From: Dirinaria sp. TL-2023a
Lineage: Eukaryota
DNA: 32,087 nucleotides
NCBI GenBank assembly: GCA_051941275.1
Contig: JAVEBF010000086.1
Location: 1 to 32,087 of the forward strand
Reading direction: 5' to 3'
Position numbers and translations under genes: made by a program. The notes beneath the pieces were generated by a model, which saw nothing but the letters and a program-made list of their open reading frames with translations, had not been told where the DNA came from and did no database searches. Positions 1 through 11,384 of the stretch are shown in pieces. How positions within the stretch are numbered: the stretch's first letter is position 1; each line of letters begins with the position of its first letter.

Positions 1-37
<37 letters not shown>

Positions 38-50
38 CGTGTATGTGTGC
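1..50. repeat. Compound microsatellite (CT)10 followed by degenerate (GT)n
   Basis: Read directly at the window start; lies ~90 bp downstream of the MEC1 stop codon; may extend beyond the window edge. Confidence 0.95.
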
Positions 51-138
51 GGCCATCTATCTCTTCTAACCAATTCTCCCCACAAAAATACCGAATCGAT
101 ACTGGTCTGTCCGTGATACTCGTACTATGCATGCGATT

Positions 139-3100
139 CTAGAAAAAGGCACACCAGCCAATATACATATTCGCCAGCCTCCACGGATCCGTCGCCTGCC
201 TAATCAGCTCCTGGACATACCCTTCCACACTCAGCGGGACACTCTCGCCGGGCAAAAGGCCGCGGACTTTATTCCTCACATTCTCGAGCACGCCCTCGGG
301 GGTCTGCGGCACGACGCTCACGCCGCTCCGCTTCTTCTTGCCGATGAAATCCGTCGTCGGGTCGTAGAGAAAAGTTTCGAGGATCGTCATCAGGGTGTCG
401 TCGTGGGCGCGGAGGATGCCCAGGGTGAGCTCGGAGCTCTTGCGGAAGGGCCCGTCGTAGCCGTACGCGCCGAAGGCGTCGACCATGTTGTGCGTCAGGC
501 GGAAGGGGACCAGTTCCGGTTTCTCGAACGTGAGGCCCTTGTCGAAGAGGCAGTTGAAGTCGACGTGGAAGGTGCCGCCGTTGCCCTCTTCGAACAGGAT
601 GTTTTCGCCGTGCCGATCGCCCAGCCCGAGGACGTGGCCCACGACCGACATGACGGCGCAGGAGCGCGTGTAGCGCAGCCGAGCGGCGAACCAGGCCGAC
701 GGGTCGGGAAACATCTCGACGAACCATTCGTGGAAGGCGGGTGGGAATTTGGAAAGGACTTTGTCGGTGAAGATGGGGGTTTTGCTTTCGTCTGAGCAGG
801 CTTCATTGAGCAGAGTGCGGATCTCACTGTAGTTGATGGGGACGTTTTTCTGCCTGTAGGCATTGAGAAGGATATCGCGCAGGGTTTTGAGGTTGTCAAC
901 CCATTCGATGAGACCGCATTCTTCATTGAGCGGTGTCACGGCGTAAGTCTTAATGTACAGGCGGCGCTTGCTTGACTCGGCGTCTTTCTTCAATGAGCGG
1001 TTTATCATGGCATTGAATTCCATCAAACGCTGGTCCTTACGTAGGTCGTCCTTGGGCTTGCATAGTAAAGCATAGACATTGCCGTCAGAGCCTCGAATGC
1101 TGATGCGTCTTGGTCTTTGAAGGGAATTGAGAACTAGCACATCGTCCAGGAAGCTGGATATAGTAATGATGTCCTTGGAAAACGCCTTGTGTGCTCGCAT
1201 CTTCACATTGTCAGTCACGGTGGGTAAGACGGCCGTCATTGTCGATTCTAGGGGTATCACGATTTTGCAGGGAGCGGACTTATGGTTAAAACCAAGGTCT
1301 TTCGTAATGCTGACATTAGTAGGCTTCCCTTGGATAGTACATTCACAAACATGTAGCAGCTGCTCGGAAAGCTTCTGGCTCTGGGCTATGAGTGCTCGGA
1401 GGTCTAGCGAATCGCTTCTTGCTCTCTTGGCATATTCCATGAGCTTGCTCATGCACGTATGGCCTCTTTGTGCGCGCTCTCGAGAGGATGACTTGACTAC
1501 GGCTAATAAAGTCCATAAGGCCTGCTGAGGATGCTGGCTTACGACTTTGGCAATAATATCAGTTAGGTGCGCATAGACCGTATTGTTCGAATGACAGATG
1601 CGAGCAACAATTTGTGATAGCGCAGTGTAGAAGACGAAAGCGGGTAACTTGTCCGTATATTTTTTGAGCTGGGTGTGGATGGCTGTTAACATTTTACGCC
1701 TCTGCGCAGTCGTATGGCTCCGGAAGTCCTCGTCGTTCCCATATATCGGATCCAGGGGCTGTTCAGCTTCAGAGCCAAGCTCGAGCCATAACGTCAATAC
1801 CCGTGGTAAGGTCTGGTAGATATACTTAGCCCCGACGGACATCGACCGTAGATAATTTTCAATAACGAGTTTGGCGGTTTCGCCAGTTATATAGGTCTGA
1901 GCTTGCTTTGCCGGGGGCTTGGCCTTTTCCGACTCGAGGAGCTTATTATAGTGTTTTCCAAGGTAGTAATGGCCTTTCTCCCATCTTGAATAACAACTCA
2001 CCGCTAGCCTGTATTGTCGGATAACCCAGTCCGACTGGCTCTGACCTGCGCGATCCATCCATTTGGCAAGTAATAGATGGGCTCTTGCAGTGAGCAGATT
2101 CTGCTGGGATGATTTGCTTGCGTCAGTAGGTGCCACAGATTCCTCAGAATGAATGTAGTTGTGAGACCGAAAGACATTCGCAGCAATTGCTCCTTCTAAG
2201 CTTCGAATAGCCTTACGATGTTGTCCTTCCCGCCATAGAAGCTTCGAGTGTTCTATTGTGGCAGACTCATCCCCAAGCTGTGAAGCATGTAAGACGGCAT
2301 TGAAAGCTTGGTGCGTGAAATTAGCTTTGCGCGCCAATTTAGCACTCGTCAACCACGCAGATGAAATGTCAAGATGCGACATATATTCACGACTGCGGCA
2401 ATTAGTCGAGATCGCTGAGGATTGTATTGTGGACTTGCCTTGTCAATTGCATAACAGCTCGCCTTATGCCCAGCAAATACTGCTTCTCAGACACAAATGC
2501 TCCGACCACATTTAAGCGTTGGTTTAGAGACCCCATGAGGGACGATTTCTCCATTCCCGAGCGCGATGGTATCCCACTTATCAGCTCCACTTCTGTGAGC
2601 ACGTGTAATTTGAGCATGGCGTCGTGGCACGCTTGCAGGGACATGGTATTAGACCTTCCCAGACTTTGAGCCGTTGCTTCGCGAAGACTGCGTAGAATAT
2701 CTGAGAAGCGCCTGTCGTTCCCGTCTCTCAGTGCTACCAAGGCTGTCCCGACGCCGACATTGAAATCCCCGGCAATTTTGTCGGCATGTCTGTCGAGAAG
2801 GTTTTGCATCTGATCGAATTTGTTGGTAACCCAGCACGCTTCTACAGCGAAGGGCAAAGCAAGCATCGAGCTTGATGCCGAATGCTCAAACGAATCCACC
2901 TGATTAAGCAGTACATCTGCAAACATCAGTGGAAAACTCCTTTGGCTTCGTATCGCACGTACCATGTTGGCCAGACTCTTTAAGACTGGTCAGAAGGTCG
3001 TACTGAATACTGAGGTCGTTTGGCCTTTCTGTCAAGAGCATTTCGTACCAACTTTGAGCTGCAGTCCAACGTCCCGCTTTGCGATGTTCCAAGATCTGCT

Positions 3101-6100
3101 GATCAATGTTCAAAACTTGCAGATGGGCTGATATACCTTCTATGCCGTCCGGCTCATCTATCTGCGTGTAAATGTCCTGTAACCTCTGATATAGCGGCTC
3201 AAAAACAACATCCTGTCGCTTGGCGCCTACTTCCTCCTTCTGCTGACGAATGAACTCTTCCCAGTGATACAAAGCACGAGCGTACGATTTGCACTCAACA
3301 GCGCGCCGCGAGATGATCTCTGCAGGGATCGTGTTGTTGAGAATCCCATCGACCTTATCTATCTGGAGGATTGCTCTCTCAAAGTCTGCATCAATTGAAG
3401 ACCGTGTGGTACGAGAGGTGCCGCTCTTTGTGTTGGCTTCCTTCCTCTTCTCTTGCAGCCATCGCGAAAGGTAATCGAGAATCTGGAAGATATTCTACAC
3501 GTAGTCAGTTAAAAGGTTTGATACCTGAAGTAAGCGCCAATACCTGACTACAGAGAATGAGGCTGTCCCTACTCGTTGCATCGCCCTCAGGTAATGGATG
3601 GGTTAGAATGTGCCGTAGCTCTATCTCAATTTCCGCCACATGCTGCTCAGCACCGCCGACGATCACGTTCAGGACAGCGAAAGGTAGCAGGAATGTGGGA
3701 ATAGAAATGTCTTGAAAACGAACAATTCTGCTAAGAACTGGAAATAGAATACGTGCATTTTCGCCCGCAGCTTTTCTTAGCAGGTCGTACGTAAAAGCAC
3801 GGAGCCACTGTCCGTGAGTCATAGTCGATCTGTACAATGGATATGAACAGGATGGTTGCTGCACTGCTGGGGTTACAACGTATTTGGACGTGAGGAACGG
3901 CGTTAGCGTGCTTCTGATTGATTCAGGAAGCTCCATCCAGCGATGATAATTCGCGTTGTAAGAACCGCGAGACCGGACCGTTACCGATTTATCGAACTCA
4001 GCGAATATAAGCAACTCCTGCATGGCGTAGGCTAGAAAACCTTGAGCTCTTGGGTTGGTGGTAGACAAAAAGACCTTTACTACAATCTCACTTATGAAGA
4101 AAAGGACGAATTCCTTAGTTTCATCGGCCCTCGCAAAGTTTGAAAGCAATAGGACCTCCTTCTGCTCCAAAGTCGCCTCGACACGCGTTGGGTCTAGACA
4201 TCCGATAATTCCCAAGCATTTGGCTGCTTGTGTTGGGATCGTTGAATTAGGTTCTTTGAATTGGACACAAGCGTCAAGGATTGACCGAACAAGTTGGGAG
4301 ACAAGAGGATCTGGCTGCTCCCTGACGGCTGCTTCATGGAGAAAAGCCTGATGCTGAAGAAGGTACTCCTCCATTTCGACAAGAGCTCGTGCCACCACTA
4401 TGGGATTCTCATTCTGACATCGTTGTGAGAAGGCTTGATAGTGAGGCTTGACGTCCATTTGAGCCTTGATCTTCCCAACCTCGTCTTCAAACTTTGCCAT
4501 CAGGGGTATGGAAGCCAGAGAGGGAATAGTACCTGCAGTGTCCCTGATCAATCCTGGGAAAGACTTGAATAGTTGACTAATCATATCATGAGTTTGGCCT
4601 TGAACATTTTCATCGAAACAGGCCCAGTGGTGCGCAATGATGGCAAAGGTAGGGTCAATTAAGGATCCCAGTTCGTCTTCTCCGAGCGTTCCTATCATAA
4701 CATTCCAAGTTAGGAAAGCTTTATTGCACAGCTCCTCGTTCTCGATAGCGGACTGTAGGCAGGCGGCTATCTAAATTCCGCATCAGCTTTGCTAAGCGTT
4801 GCACGAAATGGTCAAGTGTACCTGCGGCAAACCATTGGCAATATGGTGCTTCGCGAGCCTCAGCATCTCTTGGATGGCGCCGAGACAACGTAGCTTTTCT
4901 GTGGCTGGCTGCAAGTCTCTACCATCGTTGATAGTATCGGCGAAGTTTGCCATAATACCCAGTACATGGTCTTCGAAGAATGGACCTAATACGTCAGTTG
5001 ATCGAGCTGTGCCACGGGATGAACCTTGCTTAGCATGTGTGACGCTCGCCAGGAAACGCAGTGCTTGATGGGCCTTTCTGTCGGATTAGTTTATTCATTT
5101 TGGAACGACTGCCGAACGAACCTTCTGTTTCCGCAGCTCATCTTCGCTCGCCGCCTTCAATATTTCCCCTGCGGTCAGTGGTTGCTCCGCTTTCAAAAGC
5201 TCTGTGTAATGTATCTTCCCGAACTCGGGTGTTACGGTAGAGAACAGTCCCATGATCAAACCTTCGATGTCACTGGAGTCTTGGAGCAAAGTAGAAGCAA
5301 GTATGGCCGCCCAGTTATTGTGCTCCATGCACAAGGACTTAGGGGATCGATTACACGAGTCTGCGATTTTTTGCAAAATATCGCGCTTTTTAGTCAAGAC
5401 GAGATAGGGTACAGTATATGTCTGCGTAAACAGTAGGAAGTCTGGAACGGTCATTGTCAGGAGGTCTGACATTTGCTGCACGACTTGTGGCCTTCGCAGG
5501 AGGTCATTAACCACAGCCGTGGCAATTGTGCGCCAGTATGGTGCAAATAATCGCATTGGAGTTAGTGAGAGGCGACTTGCTATTTTCCTTATCTGCTTAT
5601 GTTAGCTAATCAGCGTGAAAGGTGGAAGAAGAATACCTCGTCATAAGCTAAGCCACAGACGACTTGGTTTGTATGGCCCAAATACTCCACGAGACGGAGT
5701 AGTACGATATTTCTTTCATCGGCTGCCGTAGCACTGTTGAAGAACGTCAGCATGACATTGCATGATGTGATGTTCCCTCTTACACAGCTATCTCTCCCGA
5801 AGCAAATATAGCAGTCTCTTGAAACATAATTGGACCACTGTCTGAGAGCTTGCGCAGGAACTCAAGGGCTCCTCGTCGGTTATCCTGCAGTACGCTAAGT
5901 TCACGAGGCTCGCGTAGGAAAACAGAGAGGGTACGGCTATAATCTGTAAGACAAAGGCAGAAGTTGAGCACGAAGGTACGAACCCTGCAGCTATCCTGAT
6001 TTCTCTTACTGGATTCTGTAGCGCCCGGAGGCACCATTGGCCGTAGACAGACGTCATCAAATCAAGGCTCTTGTCGTTTCTCGTATGAGAAAGTAGCCGT

Positions 6101-8118
6101 TTTAGTGTAAGCAATGCCGTAACACCTAACTTCTTCTTCTTCTTGTGCGTTTGCGGTACATCTTGAAGGCTCTTGAGTACGAGTAGAAGATCTACCGCAT
6201 CGCTTTCTCTGTTTGTAAGTTGGGTTCCACGGAGAATTTCTGGCCGTTCACAAATTGAACAATGCTGAATCAGTCCATGTCTGTCGACTGTCTCCATTGG
6301 GCTTGCGCCAAGCGGTTCGTCACGAGCACAAGCTAGTCGACCTAGCGTAAGGAGGACCAAACACTGATCACTCTCGAGCAGTTGAGAGAAGGGTGCCCTG
6401 ATTCCGTAAGCATGTGGAATTTGACCGAGAGAGACATAGCGTACGCAGCTGTCTCATGAAGACTGGCGAGTCCGTGAGGTAGCTCTACAGAAAGAAGCCG
6501 AGAGATTTCGCTTTCGAGATGCTCTGTTCCGCCAGCGCGAGTCTGAAGGGGAGTTGCATCCGAGAGTCGTAACCTCTTTGCAGGCCTTCCATCTTCGAGG
6601 TACTCAGACTCTGTTAGGATCTTGCTGAAATGGCTTTGGAACACTTTGCGCAAGTCTGAGTCTTCAAAGGCCATTTCGAAAGATTGCATTGATCCAACCT
6701 GTGAACCATGATCGAGGTTACAAGCTTCCACCATTAGGCTTACTGATAACTTTAAGTATTTTAGCATGAGGCCCGGACCCAATCGAAGCAACTTACAGTA
6801 ACATCATTGTTTAGGTTCTCATTCTTTCTTAAATCCATGAGTATCGGCAGAAGGTGTGCAAAACAGACATCGCGGACCTTTTTAGACTTCATACAGAGGA
6901 GAGCTGCTTCAAATAGCGAGTGGCAGAGCGGCTTTTTAAAAGCTGACAGGAGGATTGGTGTTACCGACTCAGACAGCAACGTCTCAAGGACTTGAGACAT
7001 AAGCATTACACTTTTGAAAAGGAATGATGATACTCCCCCAGCCCTTGCAGTATGTGACATGGTGGGAGGGAGGATGTGCAAGAATATAGATAAACACGAG
7101 CCAATCATTGCTGTATAGCTTGCCCACTGTAACCTCGAACATATCGCGGCCCACAAGCGTGACAAATAGCTTAAAAGCGATGCTGAATCTAGCGAGATTC
7201 CGTTTCTTGCGGCCCCTCGTGGCTTGGTAAGATCAGGTACAGCACACAGTGCGCTCAAAGAGTGCACAAAGAAGCTGAAGACTTGATCAATGGATCTAAG
7301 AGACAGTTGAAAGCGTGGATGAGCAGTAGCATGCTGGGTAGCGGTACAAGAAGCCTCGGTCAACGTTTCCGAACTTGGTAAAGTGACGTCTACTCGAAGA
7401 GTCTTAACTTGCCTGGTATTCGAAAACGACTCCTCTACAACGGAAAGACAATCTTGATCGAGAAGATTAGTTAGGGTGAATCTTAACCTTAGACCCTGCC
7501 GTTTTACTACGCACCTGTGATACAACCCTGCACGTAGCGATAGATTGGACGCAGCCTTGCGGATCTCGAGCGAATTGTTCTCTCTAATGAGACGATAGTT
7601 GCCAGGCAAGATGCTATTGCGGCATAAAGCTCTTGACCGACTTCCTGAAAAGCGATGTTTACAAGTCTAGGTATCAGCCAGAGATAGATTGGACCAGTAA
7701 AATGAACGCTAGGCTCTCCCTCATCATTCGCGTAGAGAACCGCTGGACATCGTGTCAATGTTACTTCTATCACTTTCAGGCTCCTGATTGCCCGTTCACA
7801 GGGCACTCTCGAGTCTTCGAATGGACTTCCGCGCAGCAACACATCGAGGCCTGCTTTGATGACCACATCAATGAGCTTGATGCTTTCCTCCCTCGCAACA
7901 AGCGGGTCCACATGACCCTGATCTTGGCTTTCGGCGTCAAAGACCTGAAGTAGTTGCTCGAAGTCCTCACGATCCTGGTGCCTCGATTGCTGCTTGGGAC
8001 GAGTAAGATTATTCACTAATTGGGCTGCCAAAGTGGAGACTGGTGGTTCCCCGTTCTGTTCGGCAGCGCCATTCGCAACGAGCGATTCCGAGTTCTCCGA
8101 GATGGCGATTGGAGCCAT
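139..8118 (-). CDS. MEC1: ATR/Mec1/Rad3 (UvsB-like) PIKK checkpoint kinase, ~2460-2480 aa, 12 exons
   Basis: C-terminal kinase motifs KPKDDLRKDQRLMEF, GLGDRHGENIL, HVDFNCLF, PFRLTHNM and FATC end LANMYIGWCAFF; FAT and HEAT-like helical regions upstream. Frame-consistent introns: 7514-7453, 6796-6750 (or -6699), 6444-6398, 5983-5937, 5783-5734, 5636-5593, 5121-5074, 4821-4771, 3543-3495, 2962-2917, 2438-2393 (GC-AG). Confidence 0.96.
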
Positions 8119-8480
8119 CAGAGCTCGGGTCGCGGCATAGGAGATGGCGCCTTGTCATCTTATGGGTAGAGTGAAATACATGACGCGTCGCTGATCGTGT
8201 TGTTTAGTGTTTACGCTGGAGATCGGGTTGGTTAATCTAGCCTATTACCTTACATTATTAGGGAACGTTACATACTCTAGGTTACCTAGGTAAGGTACCT
8301 AGGTACGGTAGGTACGGTAGCGTAAGTAACCTTACCTAAGATTAACTGCCTACAAAGGTACCTCGGTACCTTTACCTACCCGCAGCTTCTCCAACTTTGT
8401 TCATGGTATCTGACCCGAAGTCTAGAAGGCACTTACGTCAACGCAGACAGGACTCATATGAGATAAGAAACATCTAATGA
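8119..8480. promoter_or_regulatory. Short divergent (bidirectional) promoter region between MEC1 and TAD2, with MCB-like ACGCGT at 8183-8188 and a palindromic TACC/GGTA tract at ~8235-8380
   Basis: Head-to-head start codons ~360-370 bp apart; ACGCGT 65 bp upstream of the MEC1 ATG. Function of the motifs is inferred. Confidence 0.6.
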
Positions 8481-8489
8481 ATGAATATC

Positions 8490-9283
8490 ATGGAGGCGGA
8501 CATTGAAGACATCGAGAAACATCAGCATTTCATGCGCAAAGCCTTAGTGATTGTTTGGAATCGCCGTTCTTTTCAGCGGGCACCACTGAGAATTTAAGGC
8601 AGAGCAAGCCTTGTCCTCGGACGAGACTCCAGTAGGCTGCGTTTTCGTACACAACAGTCATGTGATTGGGGAGGGCATGAACGCTACTAATAAGAGTCTG
8701 AACGTCTGTGATTTGAGTACCGAATACGATTTCTGAATGGCTCAACTGAAGTGTGAGAAGGGAACCAGACATGCTGAGTTCGAAGCTATCAGCCGCATAT
8801 TGATGCATTATCCTCCAACAATCTTTCGAGAAACAGATTTGTATGTGACAGTAGAGCCGTGTATCATGTGCGCCTCTGCTTTGCGGCAATACCAGATACG
8901 GTCCGTCTACTACGGTTGCGCCAATGACCGCTTCGGAGGCACGGGTGGTGTGCTATCTATTCACTCAGAGTCCGTATCCATTCGACTTCTCATATGTAGG
9001 CCTTGCTTAGTTCCTCATGACAGTCTGAATGTTGATCCCCCTTACCCTGTGTATGGGGGCATATTCCGCGAGGAGGCCATCATGCTTCTGCGACGTTTCT
9101 ACGTACAAGAGAACGAGAAGGGTATGTTGGTAACGCGAACTATCAAAGAGACAGGAATTCTCACGTAGTATAGCTCCAGTGCCGAGACCGAAAGCAGGGC
9201 GCAAGCTGAAAACTAACGTTCAGCCACTTACCCCCAGCCAGTTGGCGAAAGTAAGCGAAAAGGAGGACGCAGTCGATACATAG
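8490..9283 (+). CDS. TAD2: tRNA-specific adenosine-34 deaminase catalytic subunit (Tad2/ADAT2), 5 exons
   Basis: Spliced product HQHFMRKAL..ETPVGCVFV..GEGMNATNKSLNGTRHAEF..VTVEPCIMCASAL..YGCANDRFGGTGGVL; HAE and PCxxC zinc motifs. Exons 8490-8552, 8599-8703, 8761-8969, 9024-9121, 9174-9283; alternative in-frame ATG at 8481. Confidence 0.93.
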
Positions 9284-9516
9284 AGCAGTTCATCCGAAAG
9301 AGAACAATTCATTCGAAAGGGAGCAGAAGCAGCTTAGACCCTCGCAGGGAACACCAGAAGGAGTATCAGGAGCAAATATTACTTTCCAATCTTTGATGCT
9401 GGGCTTGGGATATGTCTTCGCAATTAACTGTTCAAATAGCCTACCAACAGTAGCATTCAAAAACGCCAAGGGGTGCTGCAACTCCAATTTCTGGTCCTTC
9501 TTATGGCTTTGCGTAG

Positions 9517-10335
9517 CTATAAATTCTGAGTGTCTTGCGCCGCTAATTCTCTCTCTGCTTGTTGATAGTACTTTGCGGTGTCGACGCCGTGCTTTAGGCC
9601 CCAATATCAGTGTTTTCCCCAACGAGCATGCGCTTGCGATAATTTCACAGGAGGTAGCCTCACTTACCTGATTGTGGTTGACAAAATTCGCCCACGGAAG
9701 GATATGTAAGAAGAACCCAGAATATCTCGAGTTCCTTGCTGCTACACCTTGCAAATACGGTGAGAGGTTTGAATGTCCGTACAAGGGCTCGCCCTTCTTG
9801 ACTTTATCAACCATCTCACGCATATCAAGATCCACCTCCCTCTTGTTTTCCGTAAGACCGTAGAACCGCTCTGCCCGGATTGAGCCCCGTTAGTATACAT
9901 CCATTGTTTTTCACTGGGTCTTCTCCAAAAAGGTAACACACGTATCGAGCGCGAATAGAAGAATCCAAACCCTCCAACAAGTCCCACAATCCCAGTGAGC
10001 CTCATGATACTGGCGAAACCACCTTTGCCGACGTACGACGGTGCCACTCTTTCCCATGTGAGCATTAATGCTGGGCCAGCCGCCGCAGCAATAGTACCAG
10101 CAGCATAGTCGGATTGACGGGCATATCTGCAGACTCGTTTGAAGTGGCTTTTTTCGGTGTCAGGCATCTGGATTGCGGTGGGGGACCCTTCACTTACGGA
10201 TCACTGTCGATGAGCTGTTGCTCCGTGAGCATTGACTGATCGCAGCAGGCATTGGAGGAGGCTCACCGGATAAGGAGTGTCCAATTGCTTCGTAGGTACA
10301 TATACCTGCTCTGTATCCGACCGTGGATTCGCCAT
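9517..10335 (-). CDS. Mitochondrial NADH:ubiquinone oxidoreductase 20.9/21 kDa accessory subunit (NUXM family), 5 exons
   Basis: Spliced product contains TPYPLIDSDPHFKRVCRYARQSDY, RFYGLTENKREVDLDMREMVDKVKKGEPLYG, PWANFVNHNQHGVDTAKYYQQAE. Exons 10335-10267, 10214-10198 (17 nt), 10147-9942, 9870-9668, 9591-9517. Confidence 0.92.
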
Positions 10336-11384
10336 GGCGCTTCCGAGGCTGTCGAGAGCTCAGCTATGGAGTTCAAATGCTCGAGTAAAGTTGTATCGAG
10401 AGAGTTGTGTCAGTATGGAAAGATTGTTTTCGGCTAGGTTGGTGTGCATAGCAAAACGGGGTGCCAAGAATACAGTAGCGTTTTCTCGTCTCTGACTACC
10501 TTCATACCTTACGGGTAGGCTTTGCAGAGCACAGCTGCATTCTAGGCGGTGAGTCAGCGCATTCGAGTGCTTAGATCAGTTGGTCCCCCAGGCGACTTTC
10601 AGTTGACCCCATATTAGTGACATGCCGGGACTTATGGCCTCGTCCTCCTTGCCGTAGATCCACTTATGCTTTTGCGCGCGCACACACACAAAAAGGGGGA
10701 CCAAAAAAGCTCTTCTTCTAGGCTATAGCGACTACAGCGTCACAGACGAATTTTGAATGGTTAATGGATGTCTACGGCCTCGAGATCAGTGATACATGAC
10801 AGGTCGGAGTCAAATGGCTATTGTCTTCTTGACTTCCAAGAAGCCGGGTGTAGCGAGGATTATGTCCATTCCTCTGTCATTAGCAGGCAGATGAAAAACA
10901 CATCGTCTCTCCATCAAAGCATATTTGCAGTCCAATCCTTATCTACTACATCACCCGTCCGTAAGTTGACCGGACAATTTTCTTGTCGATACAGCAGACC
11001 TTTATCAGCCTTTGCGAACTCTGATCTTCTAGCCTATACTTAGCCATATTTGGAGAAATTGGGATGGAGAACTAGGAATTGCGATTGTCCGAGCTCTTTG
11101 CGCATCATCATGCCGCCTACCAGTTGGTGGTCATTTACACCGCCAAAACCATGTTCAACTGAGTTATTATTTCCCTTGGTTTCGTGCCTGCGCTCCTTAA
11201 TAGTCTTAGTTTGATGCTATTGAATTCAAGAGAGCGACGGCGGCGCCAGCACTCCAGCAAGTGCTGTGTCTACCCTCAATTTTGTCGTTACGGCAAGGCC
11301 TATCGCACCCGGCCCCGCAGGATCCAAATCAATTCCAGAAACCTCGTTGGGGTCTTGAGCCCTCATCCTCGAGTTGGATAAGTC

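Noticed and set aside
127..795. 222-aa plus-strand ORF antisense to MEC1
   Set aside because: Shadow of the GC3-rich kinase exon; no recognisable motifs.
6699..6750. Possible 6-nt microexon or second intron (TTATCA|GTAAGC..CAG) in MEC1
   Set aside because: The segment is open in frame and a single 47-nt intron explains it; cannot be resolved without transcripts.
9290..9516. C-terminal half of ORF 9290-9835
   Set aside because: Read-through of NUXM intron 9667-9592; the spliced gene ends at 9517.
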